A stretch of 64,000 nt of DNA from Octopus vulgaris (taxonomy: Eukaryota), in NCBI GenBank assembly GCA_951406725.2, contig OX597814.1, forward strand, positions 49,786,001-49,850,000. The letters are read 5' to 3'. Each line of letters opens with the position of its first letter. Within the stretch, counting starts at the first letter, position 1. Below are positions 13,141-28,347 of this stretch, one piece after another. Made by a program: the position numbers and the translations under genes. A model generated the notes under the pieces. The model had not been told where the DNA came from, made no database searches, and saw only the letters and a list, made by a program, of their open reading frames with translations.

Positions 13141-13929
13141 TCCCAAAACCCAATTGAACATTGCAGTTTGTACACTTTACCCCGTACATATATTTTAACC
13201 TGCATTCTAAAGTCAAGAACATGCACGCTACATTCTGCACAAATTATTTTAGCAACCACAACCACCATGCCACATTCCATATCACACGTTTCAAACCAGG
13301 GGACTTCATTCACTATAAACTCTCTTCTCTTGCCTGCATTAATATACCACCAGTTTAATCGTACTTATTATTCTATTCGCTTCAGTTTTGTCAAGGTTTC
13401 ATAGCTCAACCTTTAATAATTACATTTTTATATAAACAGTATTTGATTTCTATCATATTGATTTATTTAAATAAATATTTACATTCTTTGGCATTCATGC
13501 ATGCAGGAATTTCTAATTTTTCACGTGATTTATTAATTTTGCCGTTATTTTGGAATCTTTTTCAGAAAATACTTGGTCAGTTCAAATCCCGTCGAAGTCA
13601 ACTTTACTTATCAACCTTTACTATTCAACGATAAAAAAAGTACTAGTGTAAGTGATCCTTTCTCCTTTCTAGAAGATGTTTGGATGTAAAGTATTTGCAT
13701 ATACATCTACGTACGAGTATATGAATGTTCATATTTTAACAGCATATACAAGAGTTTGCTCGCAAGCGTGCACACGTAACAGTGAGGATAATCATACATA
13801 TACACACTCACACACTCACACTAAAAATGCATGCACACAAACATCGATATTCGTGTGTATTCATGTATAAATATGTATGTGGTATATGAGTCTACGAGTG
13901 TGGTGTATAGATCTAAGTGTACATATTAG

Positions 13930-13984
<55 letters not shown>

Positions 13985-13988
<4 letters not shown>

Positions 13989-14185
13989 GTAGTCTTATTT
14001 TTATAACGTGCTTTTACTGCACTACCAAGTGCAGCTCTGTGTGCCTTGGGTATGTGTTGTGGTTTGCTGTGATGCTCTGATGGTTACTGTATTGAAAGTG
14101 TTTTACGTAGGATGTGTGCACTGCTTTTACCTAGGGATGTGAGCAGTGCTTTTACGTAGGATGTGTGCAGTGCATGTACGTAGGA

Positions 14186-14186
<1 letters not shown>
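13985..14186 (-). mobile_element. R4/Dong-type 3' end with locally triplicated terminal codons
   Basis: Same 3' UTR as 14600-14720. The motif GCACACATCCTACGTA (AHILR) occurs three times. Flanked by (TTA)n and (TTC)n. Confidence 0.7.
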
Positions 14187-15730
<1,544 letters not shown>

Positions 15731-15734
15731 ATAT

Positions 15735-16750
15735 TTAGTAGTTTCAGACAAATTTCTGCTGCACCACCTGCTACACTTCCTGGGATGTATGCAGCATTGT
15801 GTTTTTTTTGTTGGGGGAGTCTTAACTTCATCCCACAAGGGGAGGTGGTCTCTGTTTTTTCCATACATGATCAGCTATACCAGATTTATCAATATCTCCC
15901 CGTGTCACAGCTTTGCGATGTTCGTCTACCCTTATTTTGAGCGGGCGGCACGTTTCGCCTTTGTATAACCTACCACAGCTGTATGGGATGGAGTACACGC
16001 AGTCTTTGGTCATATTTGCATTCTATTGGTGGTTTTACTCGAAGAAGATATATGTGAAGTGTCGTATTACTCTTGAATACTGTCCTGATGTTATACGGGC
16101 CGCATATCTTTTGTATCTTTTCGGAGAGGCCTTTCACATAGGATAGACAGACTGTGGACAGTTTATTGGTTTCAGCCTCTCTTTTCTTCATAATTGGAGT
16201 AGATAGTATGTTTTTGGGGTAGTTGTTGCTTAATAGATTGTTATTGAGCTTGATCATTTCTTCGTGACAACAAAGTAATTGGTGAGGGAGACTTCATGAG
16301 CAGGTAGTCTTTTCTTGGAATGGTAGCCAAATCATCACAACATTCGTTGCTCTCCCTAAACGACATGGAGGCGCGCCTGATGTAGGCGGACTCGATTGTG
16401 AAGATAAATGGTAAGAGAGTACAAGTTGCTATCCCAGCCCAGGTTTAGGTAACCACTTCTTGGAAGACGGGGTTGAATCGCTATGTGTCGGTTTAATAAT
16501 TTATTTAGATGCATTTCTTCTTTTGCTTCGAGGTATGTTATCACCTTTTATTTCTGCAAGATTCAGTCTTCTATCGTTGACATTCCCATTTCTGGAATTA
16601 TCTCATACATTTAAAAAGTGGCTGATAGAATCTCTAACTGTCCTTTCAAGTTAATTTATGATCTTGAAGCTATGACCTACACTGTGAAGCGCAACTTCTT
16701 CCCTTCTGTTTCTACAATTTACTTTTCTCTTTGGGCTGGCCATCGACATA
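15735..16750 (-). mobile_element. Penelope-like element fragment (GIY-YIG endonuclease)
   Basis: NNYP...LSYVKGLSEKIQKI...TVFKS, followed after a frameshift by CVYSIPYSCGRLYKGETCRPLKIRVDEH...SGIADH. The 16270-16750 part is less certain. Confidence 0.8.
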
Positions 16751-17248
16751 AAAGTACATAAGCACATTGTACACACTAATTAGATAAAATGATAAAATAA
16801 GTATATTTTCTTACACTGGATAAAACAACAAATATATAGGTTAGGTTTATAATCAAGTAAAACGACTACTAATAAATTTCTGGTAATAATTTTATCAAGC
16901 TCAGGGAATAGGCAAAGTCGAATCCGGTGGAATTGGATTTCAAAATGTAAAGGACAACAACTAAAATGAAAATAAAAGACAAACAAGACCCACCCACCCC
17001 CAAAAAAAAACCTTTCTTAAAAAACGTCTTGCAAAACAAATTTCTTTTTAACGAATATCGAAATAACGAAATAAAATTGAGGTGAAAGAAGAAAATGGTA
17101 ATTAGGGACTATGAAGAGAAAGGTTTTACAAAAAAAAACAAAAAAACAACACAGCACTAGTGATTACATACTAATTAAATATTAACAAGAAACTCTAATT
17201 AAAACCGACTTCTTTGTAATTTTTTTGAAAAAGAAAAAAATCAAGAAT

Positions 17249-17289
<41 letters not shown>

Positions 17290-17367
17290 CACACACGCTC
17301 GCAAACACATACACGCGCGTGAACGCACACACACACACACACCAATGTGTGTGTTTATGTATATACT

Positions 17368-17402
<35 letters not shown>

Positions 17403-17747
17403 TGAATATATAAATATGCATTTATAATTACATATATGTTAAATTATATAAATAATTATGTATATATTTATACGTACGTATGTGTACGTACACACACATA
17501 CTCATACAAATGTATTTATACACAATTTACATACATATATTAAGTGCATTTACACCTGCAAACATATTACACAAGTATATACTCATAAATGCATACGTCA
17601 GTGTAGGTACAGCGTAGATGGTACAAGTAATTGTGTATATACATATATGTGTATATATCTATATTTATATATGAATGTGTTTGTAAAAGTTTTCATATAT
17701 TTATATATGCGACTATATTTATAAATGCTGATGTATGTATGAATGTG

Positions 17748-18040
<293 letters not shown>

Positions 18041-18584
18041 TTAGTATGCTTGTCTCTGTGCCTGTGACCCTGCGTGTCTGTCTGTCGGTTTGTGTATGTG
18101 TCTGTCTTTCTATATATGTGTGTATAGAGGCACACAAAGACACCGACACACGCACACACGTATATGCGTATTAGTATGTTTGTATGTAATTACAATGTGA
18201 CAAAGCTTTGTTTTTGAGTCAAGAAACTTCACGTTTTTGTATGTTAGGGGGTCAATATGTGCATATAAGTGGGTATATGTTTGGATATATTTGTATTCTC
18301 TCCGTCAAATGTAAATAATGTAAATAATGTACATAATTCCTCATTTCTTAAATATAGAACTGAATTTTCACCTTCCTGCAAATTTCTAGCGTTCAGCCTA
18401 TATTAGAGGCAATTATTATTTGCTATTTAAGAATGTTGATCGGCTAGCAAATTCAGATTGAGTTTCATAGCTGCATATCTTTCAGGCATCCCAGTATTCT
18501 CGCTTTTATTAATTTTCTCGCAGAAAATAAAATCAGATAGTGAATAATGTATTTTACCCATGGAAAAAGACAGATGGATAGCTG

Positions 18585-18670
<86 letters not shown>

Positions 18671-18814
18671 GTGAGTGTTTGTGTGTGTGTGTGTGAGAGA
18701 GAGGGAGGAAGAGAAAATAAAAAAATGTATATATAAAAACCCAAAACAAATAAACTAAATAGCTTTTCGAGACAAAACAAATACAATGTAGGAAGCTTTA
18801 TTAGAACACGAGAA

Positions 18815-19238
18815 AGGCGGCGAGCTGGCAGAATCGTTAGCACGCCGGGTGAAATGCGTACCCGTATTTCGTCTGCCGTTACGTTCTGAGTTCAAATTCC
18901 GCCGAGTTCGACTTTGCCTTTCATCCTTTCGGGGTCGATAAATTAAGTACCAGTTACGCACTGGAGGTCGATATAATCGACTTAATCCGTTTGCCTGTCT
19001 TTGTTTGTCCCCTCTGTGTTTAGCCTCTTGTGGGTAGTAAAGAAATAGGTATTTCGTCTGCTGTTACGTTCTGAATTCAAATTCCGCCGAGGAAGACTTT
19101 GCCTTTCATCCTTTCGGGGTCGATTAAATAAGTACCAGTTACGCACTGGGGTCGATGTTATAGACTTAATCCGTTTGTCTGTCCTTGTTTGTCCCTTCTG
19201 TGTTTAGCCCCTTGTGGGTAGTAAAGAAATAGGTATTT
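18815..19238 (+). mobile_element. SINE family C with two ~184-bp tandem units
   Basis: Head AGGCGGCGAGCTGGCAGAATCGTTAGC; unit starts (GTATTT) at 18864, 19049 and 19233. Confidence 0.9.
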
Positions 19239-19499
19239 GAATACGAGAGATGTTGGAGGTCAATTAAATTGAGGTGTTGTTGTTGGTACTTTTTTATGTT
19301 AAGTTCCAGGTCACACTATATTGAACAGGTACCAATGATGAATGAACTTCCAACCACTATATTCTGTGTCCCCTATATTGTGTCCTGCCATTTTTAAAAT
19401 AGTAGTTTGTATGATTTGAAAGGCTGAGCGATCCATAGAAATTTCCTCAATGGCTCTTCTAACTAACAGTGAAGCAAAGTAAAGAGTCGAAGATTTGTA

Positions 19500-20075
19500 A
19501 TTTCTAATAGTTAGTTAGCAACACGTTTCTATAATGCAGAGACTTAATCATAACCCGGTACCGTTGATCAGCGCGGTTGGTTTCAGCCATAATTAAATTT
19601 CATCAACTGCTGAATAACCGTCTTTAACGGCGTTGATGTTGGTGAAATCAGTCGAGTCTTTTCATGTCTTCGATAAGTAACGCGGTCTCACATGTATGTA
19701 GCAACGAAGAAAAAACAAGTATTGTTGGTTTTCAACTTTGTCTCAACTGACATTCTGTTCAGAGACCATAAACGTCTGTCCAATTTTTGGAATGTCTCAC
19801 TAGCTTTCTCTCTACGGAAGGAGATTTCATCACCAAGAGTATTTGTCATGCTCATAATACTACCTAAATACACGAATTTGTCTACAAACTGCAATTTCTG
19901 CTTCAACGCATAAATGTTTGACTCGGCGTAAGCGTTATTTGGTGCAGGTTTGTACATTATCACTGTCTTTTTCAGGGTGATAGTTAGACCAAATTCACAG
20001 TAAACTATCGAGGAAAGGTACAAGAGGTGCTCTGTGTCACTCTGGGATTGAGGAACAAGATCACAATCCAGTTGT
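19500..20075 (-). mobile_element. RTE-clade LINE RT C-terminal fragment
   Basis: DCDLVPQSQSD...EFGLTITLKKTVIMYKPAP...VDKFVYLGS...EISFRREKASETFQKL matches the RTE/BovB-like sequence after the YADD motif. Confidence 0.8.
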
Positions 20076-20094
20076 CATCTTGCTACTGCGACAA

Positions 20095-20290
20095 AGTTCT
20101 GATTGTTGAATATTAGTTGCTGGAATATTCACACCTTCTTAGATTATGGAGCCTGTGCAACACGCTCTGAAAGATCAGCACTTATAGCGAAGGAGTTACA
20201 GCAATATAACATGGATCTGATAGCCTTGTCTGAAAGGAGACTCTGAAGAGGAGCAAAAACGATTGCGCAGCATTTGTGGTAAAGATGGAA
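20095..20290 (+). mobile_element. RTE-clade APE endonuclease N-terminal fragment (opposite orientation)
   Basis: ISCWNIHTFLD...ERSALIAKELQQYNMDLIALSERRL resembles the RTE motif WNVRTLLD..ERRTALVARELARYNIDIAALSETR. Confidence 0.7.
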
Positions 20291-20404
20291 GAAGTTCTCT
20301 GTGGATTTACTGAACATCTGATGTCAACGAGGATGCCATTGTCAATGAACAGATTTTCCCCCTAAAGTACATATATACACATCTACACACACATATACAT
20401 AACC

Positions 20405-20467
<63 letters not shown>

Positions 20468-20784
20468 TTATACTCACACACGCACGCATACACATACATA
20501 CACACACATACATTAACACATTCACATACACACACATATAAAGGGTCTTATTTATAGGTATTAATAGGATAAACCGATTTGCATAAATAACGCATTCTTG
20601 GCAGCTATTTCGATTAATCAATTATCAACGCATTGCTAATACATAACACTACTTTTAATGTGCATTCTCTCCACTACATAAACTGATAATTACATCGAAA
20701 TCGATTTTGATTTGCACCTTGAGAATATACCTCTCTTTGAGTTTCCCTACCACCTTACACACACACACATTACATGTATGTGCA

Positions 20785-20863
<79 letters not shown>

Positions 20864-21879
20864 GCATGCATGCATACATGCATGTATAATATATATATAT
20901 ATATATTTATATATATGTGTATGCACGTATGTTTGCGTGTGTGTGTGTGTGCCTGTGTCTATATATATATATATGTGTGCATGTGTGCATGTGTGTGCTA
21001 CGTTTTAGAGTTCTATATCTAGTTCAGAAATACAGACAAATACACATATAAAAATACATTTATATGTATACTTTAAGTGAATGTGTAAATGAATGTGTGT
21101 GTCTGTGTGTGTATCTGTGTGTATGTGTGTGTGCTTATGTGTGTATATATCTATTTTTGCGTGACTGTGTGACCGCATATGTATATATGTATGTATTTAG
21201 AAAAAAACCGACAAAACGAGTAGAGTGAAATTGCCGGAGATACTGGAAAATCCAGTGTTTGGGACAGAGTTTTTCTTTAGGATAAAGTTGACAGGGGTGG
21301 GGGAAGTAAAAGAGAAACCTACAAGTGGGCTGCAACTGATGAGAATTTTAAGACAACGGCGTCTTCATACCTAAAGAGGAAGTAATAGGATGAAAAGCGG
21401 GCGTAAGCAAGGATGAGGTGGTGAGAAAAATAGCGGTGGGGATCCGTTGGAAAATAAGATAACGATTACTGAACTAAGTGGAAATGTAGGAGTAGCAGGA
21501 AAAACGTTCATTTCACCCCGTAATATGGAAGGTTTTTTTTCCCCCGTTTCTTTGAGGATGCGCGTCCATAGTATATGGCGTACGGAGATGCTGCAGGCTG
21601 ATGAGTAATAGAAGGGGCTGCTGCATTGCAGTGGGTGACGACAGATTGGCCAGGCATTACAGTATGCTTCGAATGTTTCCCGAAAATGATCAACAAGGCA
21701 ATAATCTGTTCTCCTAATCTAAAGAGAGCTGCAAAGTTGGGCGACAAGTAACAGAAGCTTTGGGTAATGTAGTGCTATGTATATTGGCCCAGTGATAGTT
21801 GTAGTGTTGTTAACATAGGAGCGGATGTGGCATAGTCAACAAACGTATTTACAAGTATTTGGTTGTGTTGAGCGGGGCA

Positions 21880-22757
21880 TTATGGATCATGGACTGGCAA
21901 CTCAACCTAGTTGTGGACAAATGTACTACCTTGCATTTTGGGATGAAAAACCCAGCTTCTACGTACTCCCTCCACAACACTAATCTCAAAAAGCCTTCTT
22001 GTGAACGTGACCTGGGCATTATTGTCGACAGCGATTTGCGTTGGACAAAACACATTGCTAAAATTGCCAAGAAAGCTGAGGGTGTCTTGGCATCACTTAC
22101 CAAGTCCTTTGTGAGCGACTCTCCGGCTGTCTATCCGAGGCTTTATATAGCTATGGTGCGGCCTCACCTGGAATTTGCATCACCGGTCTGGAACCCCTAT
22201 CTTGCCCAGGATATTAATCGTCTGGAAACCGTTCAGCAACGTGCAACCAAGAGAATACCCTCCATCAGGCATTTGCCATATTCTGAACGCCTTACTACCC
22301 TCGGCATGGATACATTGAAACTCCGACGTCTGGCAACATGACTTAGCAGACACCCATAAAATTATTAACCATTTTACTAACAATAACTCTGAGCACCTTT
22401 TCAAACTCCACTTGTCTAATACCTGTGGACATGTTTACTAAGTCAGAAAACAGCACAGCTTCCATGACTTTCGGAAACATTTTTTCATGCTAAGAGTTGC
22501 TGAAGCATGGAACAAACTGCCGGCATCAGTTGTTAGTTGTCGGAGCACTGCATCCTTCAAAACTTCCATGCTTCTTGAGTTTCACCAACACTACACCTGA
22601 TTTTCTCCCCTTCATACACACACAAGTATGTATCTGACTCATACACTGTTAAATTTCCTGACATTTGTACATTACTGCATATACTCTATACGCACTTTTG
22701 ACAAGTTGTAGTGCACCTGAGCACTGCATACAATAATTTCATTATTATTATTATTAT
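21880..22757 (+). mobile_element. CR1-group LINE, 5'-truncated 3' fragment
   Basis: ERDLGIIVD, VRPHLEFASPVWNPY, LETVQQRATK and, after a frameshift, RVAEAWNKLP. The 3' UTR ends in (ATT)n. Confidence 0.9.
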
Positions 22758-23014
22758 GGAGTTTCTTACTTAGTGATTACCGAAGTTGCTATCTTTTTTT
22801 AAGATAGTGCGATCAGAAATTTCACTGTAATCTTTCGGTTGATTTTTCTAAATAACGTGAGCCGTGCACACACACATACATACGTACACACAATCATACA
22901 CACACACATATATATTTATTTATATGAAGGGCATTACTACACATAAGTGCCTCACGCTATGCGGGACTCTTAAAGTCACGCTGACTACTTGATAAATTCT
23001 TATAAAGATTTTAT

Positions 23015-23058
<44 letters not shown>

Positions 23059-23467
23059 TGTGTGTGTGTGTGTGTGTGTATACACACATATATGTGTATA
23101 TATAACATTATATTTGTGCGTATGTGTGTATATATATATATGTATATATGTATTTTTTCAGTTTCTACCTTCCACACATAATATATATACAGAGGAAATT
23201 TTGTGTATATATTTAGAGTTGAATTGTTGGCGTAACTATATTGTTCCAGTGATCTGATGAGCTCGTTTTCTTTATTGTACAATGCTGAGCATACATATTA
23301 ATGCAAAAATGTATACATAGTTTCTTCCATACTGAAATTAATACTACTCGAAGAATGTTGCGAAACGGCTGTAACCCTATTGAAGTAACGCGGCTAAATA
23401 AATAATATATATTCGCCTTTCATACATCCTTGCTTTATGGTTTATATTTACAATATATATATATATA

Positions 23468-23817
23468 TTACTCTTTTACTTGTTTCAGTCGTTTGACTGT
23501 GGCCATGCTGGAGCACCGCCTTTAGTCGACCAAATCGACCCGTGGACTTTTCTTTGTAAGCCTAGTACTTATTCTATCGGGTTCTTTTGCCGAACCGCTA
23601 ATATACGGGGACGTAAATACACCACCATATACATACACATACATACATATATACGACGGGCTTCTTTCAGTTTCCGTCTACCAAATCCACTCACAAGGCT
23701 TTGGTCGGCCCGAGGCTATAGTAGAAGGCACTTGCCCAAGGTGCCACGCAGTGGGACAGAACCCGGAACTATGTAGGTCGTAAGCAAGCAACTTACCACA
23801 TAGCCACTCCTACGCCT

Positions 23818-23818
<1 letters not shown>
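23468..23818 (-). mobile_element. SINE family B (tRNA head, CORE-like GCACCTTGGGCAAGTG, internal microsatellite, tail)
   Basis: Reverse complement starts AGGCGTAGGAGTGGCTATGTGGTAAG...GGCACCTTGGGCAAGTG. The tail matches 350-498. Confidence 0.85.
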
Positions 23819-23869
<51 letters not shown>

Positions 23870-24766
23870 TGTGTGTGTGTGTGTGTATGTATGCACGTAT
23901 GTGTGTGAGCGTTATAGTTTGTATATTCATTTGGCGGATATTAATAGCATAAAATCACATCATTGTTCTGAACTAAAAAATGCTGACGTTAACATAAAAG
24001 TTATCGAATGAATGTCTTGTAATTTGTTACAAAGTACAATACTGCATGACAAACTTACGTATTCATTCTATTTTTATCTATTAAGAAATCCAAAATTTTT
24101 ATACAGCTTCCTGATATATTTCCCTACAATGAAAACCTGATGTTATTTTTGTTTTTTCTTTTCAATATATTACACTTGGTTTTAGAACGAAGAACGTTAT
24201 CAAAGTAAGTTTGTTGTGTCTCTTAGTTGAAGTAACGTTTGCCACATCCGGGGACACCAGAAGTGGTATATAACATAAACTTCACGAGATTACAAAACAT
24301 TTCCCAAACATTTACAATAATCTTTGTGGAATTCCGTCAGAAATTGCTGCTGATTCATGACATTTTCATTTTATCGATATTGCTTTTCTCCACAAGGAAA
24401 TGGTTTGGGTTATAACTGACTGGCGCTATTGTAGGGGGTATAGTGAAGGATATCGGTTATTGTTTTGAAAGATAATTCTAAAATACATAATTTTTTTACC
24501 TCTACACAACTGAATTTAAAAAAAAAATAGCATTTTTCTTCGACAACAATACTAGTCTGGCATTGTTTTTAACGCCACGTGAGGTTACAAGGAAGTTCTC
24601 CCCTCCAAAGAGTAACAATTATATTCGGAAAAAATGATAATATTGTTACAGCTTAAACTATTGATTTCTTACTGATTTATTTGGCACAAAAATGAGTTTC
24701 TGTAACATTCATGCCTTTCTATAACGTGGTCAAGAGCAGCAACTTTCTATGGCACTCACTATATGA

Positions 24767-25205
24767 ATATTGGTACAATGCCAGCAAGTTTAGGGGTGTA
24801 GACGAGGCAGGTAAGTCGTTTACATCGACCCCAGTGCTTAACTGGTACTTATTTTATCCATCCCGAAAGAATGAAAAGCAAAGTCGACCTCGGCAGAATT
24901 TGAACTCAGAACGTAGTCGGACGAAATACTGCTAGGTATTTCGCCCGGCCTGTTAATGATCCTGTCAGCATGTCACCTTATTCCTTATATGAATATTAGT
25001 TTCAAATTTTGGTACAAGGCCAACAATTTCGAGTCGGAGGATAAGTCGATTACATCGACCCAACTCTTCAAGTTATCTTATCGATCTCGAAGGATGAAAA
25101 TCAAAGTCGACCTCGGCGGAATTTTGACCTCAGAACGTAAAGTCGGATGAAATGCCGCTGAGCATTCTGCCCGGTATGCTAACGGTCCTGTCACCTCGCC
25201 GCCTC
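24767..25205 (-). mobile_element. Two adjacent diverged SINE family C copies
   Basis: The core GGATGAAA..CAAAGTCGACCTCGGCGGAATTT occurs at ~24870 and ~25090, each followed by a tRNA-like head. Confidence 0.8.
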
Positions 25206-25421
25206 TTTCGCTAAATAAATATTAAAATATATTCTTGGCAAGACGTAGTCTTTACCTCAGGCCAGATAAAATGTAATTTATTTGTTCGTTCCCTTCTCAA
25301 AACCATTAGTGGTACAAATTTGTTAGAATTTGCTCCATCTTTCAGTCGAAGCTGAATTATGAAACCCCTCAAGAAATATGGAGAATTTAAAATAAGTTGT
25401 AACTTGAAGAAGAAACTAACG

Positions 25422-25476
<55 letters not shown>

Positions 25477-26087
25477 CACACACACACAGAGACAGGCAGA
25501 CACACACACACACACGCGCATACACACATTAATCGACAAATAGGTAAATAGACAGATGCGAGAATATTTTAACGAAATGCCGCTCTATCATAGACTACCC
25601 CAAAATTATGATACTCAATACAAAATCATTCTGAAATCTAAAAATCGCTTGGCTAAGGCGGGGGCTAAGCAATATCGAAACCCTGTTTCTGATTTCTTGT
25701 CGAAAACCTTTCTCTTCATTTACATCTCATCGCATTTCTCACAAAGTCAGGAAGCATTATGGGGACGGTAGTCTGTGTTACATTACTAAGACGTTTTGGA
25801 AATAACTATCTTTACATCCTATTTTCCATCTTCGAAATAAATTATAGAAATTATAGAAATAAATTATGTGTTTAGTAAAAATGGAAAAGAAGCATATTTT
25901 ATTTAACTTTGGTGATCACCGTATAATGACAATTAGCTATCGGTAAGCCGAAATTGAGATTTTCAGTTCCTGATCGAAAAGGTTTCACATCTCTTATGTC
26001 CCTGATTCTGTTAGGAATATGATCACCACAGGATTCTATTTCTTCCCATGAAAGCATTACTATTCGTAGACGATATTCTTCCTTATT

Positions 26088-26682
26088 AAGGTGGCAAGGT
26101 GGCAGAAACGTTAGCACGCCGGGCGAAATTCGTAGCCGTATTTCGTCTGCCGTTACATTCTGAGTTCAAATTCCGCTGAGGACGACTTTGCCTTTCATCC
26201 TTTCGGGGTCGATAAATTAAGTACCAGTTACGCACTGGGGTCGATGTAATCGACTTAATCCCTTTATCTGTCCTTGTTTGTCCCCTCTGTGTTTAGCCCC
26301 TTGTGGGTAGTTAAGAAATAGGTATTTCGTCTGTCTTTACGTTCTGAATTCAAATTCCGACGAGGTCGACATTGCCTTTCATCCTTTCGGGGTCGATAAA
26401 TTAAGTACCAGTTACGCACTGGGGTCGATGTAATCGACTTAATCCCTTTATCTATCCTTGTTTGTTCCCTCTGTATTTAGCCCCTTGTGGGTAGTAAAGA
26501 AATAGGTATTTCGTCTGTCTTTACGTTCTGAATTCAAATTCCGACGAGGTCGACGTTGCCTTTTATCCTTTGGGAGTCGATAAATTAAATACCAGCTGAG
26601 TACTGGAGGAGCGGTGTCGAGGTAATCAACTATCCCCCACCACCAAATTTCAGGCCCTGTGCCTATAGCAGAAAGGATTATT
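26088..26682 (+). mobile_element. SINE family C with three cores (184-bp period)
   Basis: Head at 26088; unit starts at 26138, 26322 and 26506. The last unit ends in a different tail (AAATTTCAGGCCCTGTGCCTATAGCAGAAAGGATTATT). Confidence 0.9.
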
Positions 26683-26817
26683 AAAGCGACACTTCAGGTC
26701 GAATTTGATGCAAATTCATTTTCTATGACACCTCTTCCTTGCAGCAATTGTATTACTCGTGACTCTATAAGCTTACACTGCGTCTGATACGTGCACAATG
26801 TCACTGTACCTTCTGCG

Positions 26818-27122
26818 TGAAGACGCGTGGCTTAGTAGATAGGGTATTTGACTCACGATCGTAAGGTTGTGAGTTCGATTTCCGGTGGCGCCTTGTTTAT
26901 TTGCCGTTGTTCCAGTCCATTCTGCTGGCAAGAATGAATTGTTCCTAATATTCAAAGGGCTAACCTTGTCACATCCTGTGTCACGCCGAATCTCTCTGAA
27001 AACTATGCTAAGGGTACGCGTGTGTGTGGAGTGATCAGCCACTTGCGCGTTAATTTTACGAGCAGGCTGTTCCGTTAATCGGATCAACCGGAACATTCGT
27101 CATTGTAACCGACGGGGTGCCA
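26818..27122 (+). mobile_element. tRNA-derived SINE (family A head)
   Basis: GCGTGGCTTAGTAGATAGGGTATTTGACTCACGATCGTAAGGTTGTGAGTTCGATT. The tail is related to the inverted fragment at 44113-44230. Confidence 0.8.
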
Positions 27123-27484
27123 GTATCTTCTGCAGTGAAATACTACCATCTAATGTTCATGTATATTTAGGTGATAAGATGGAAGAATTCATTTTGTAGA
27201 TATTTCACCATCTTCATATAACAGAAAGATGGACTAAAAACAGGTGAGCTGTTGGTGCCACTAATAGGCAGTTCCTTCCAAAGCTTAGCGAATAAACTGC
27301 ACGAGTGTTGTCAAGGTGATGGTTCTGTCAATTAAGTACACTTTCTATAATGTAAGCTTTTGATATTCATTCCAATATGCTGGTTATTTCATCTACAGCA
27401 GCATTATGAAAACCAAGTCAGACTTTGAATCTTCCAGTAAGCAGTTCTTTTAATAAAGGTAAAGGCACTGTTCTACAGGACCGC

Positions 27485-27853
27485 ACACGCACGCACACAC
27501 AAACACATGCACACGCACACACGTATACATACATACATACATACATACATACATACATACATACATACATACATACATGCATACATACATACATACATGC
27601 ATACATACATACATCCATCCATCCATCCATACATACATACATACATGAATACATACATACATACATACATACACACACATACATACATACATACATACAT
27701 ACATGCATACATACATACATACATACATACATCCATCCATCCGTCCATCCATACATACATACGTACATACATACATACATACATACATACATGCATACAT
27801 ACATGCATACATACATATATACATACATGCATGCATACATACATACACACATA
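27485..27853. repeat. (CATA)n/(CATC)n microsatellite
   Basis: Seen directly. Confidence 0.95.
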
Positions 27854-27855
27854 TA

Positions 27856-28057
27856 CGAGGGGGTGCTGAAAAGTTCCTGGCTTTGGGTAAAAGAAAATAC
27901 AGGAGGATCAGTTATTTATGATTTTATTCAAAATACTCCCCTGTCAGGTTCACACATTCATTGCAGTGGCCCGTAAGTTTTTCCAAGCCCTGTAATAGAA
28001 CTCGGCAGGTTGGGCTTCCAACCAGGCCTTTCACGAAACCTTTAAAGCACCCCCTTG
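27856..28057. mobile_element. Mariner-derived MITE
   Basis: TA-CGAGGGGGTGCT ... AGCACCCCCTTG-TA: terminal inverted repeats with flanking TA and no ORF. Confidence 0.8.
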
Positions 28058-28347
28058 TATATACATAGATGTACAGACATATTTCACTAATATGCCTTTC
28101 TTCTCATTTTCTATGCTTTCTTCGCTTTTTCGATCGAATCTCTAGCTAGCCAACATGGGATCCCTTGACGACAATGTAAACTTCTTTTCTTCTTTTGATT
28201 AACGTACCTTTGGTCCGACGAGTAGCTAGCGGATTACCTCTCACTTAGAAAATTACTATTTTCGAAGTTCCGCTAGCTATGAAACTTATGTAGCCTGGAT
28301 TTTACCTACTCCATTCCTTAATTTTGGATATGATATATATATATATA

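Noticed and set aside
21170-21880. Unique-looking, GC-richer segment upstream of the CR1 fragment
   Set aside because: Possibly a decayed retroelement, but I could not identify any motif well enough to call it.
23248-23305. Hammerhead-like CTGATGA-GCTC...GAGC
   Set aside because: Stem II is plausible but the required GAAA box is absent (ATAC instead). At most a dead remnant.
26818-26890. tRNA gene calls (also 100-170, 36835-36900 and 46200-46270)
   Set aside because: They are SINE heads that continue into SINE bodies, with degenerate cloverleaf stems.
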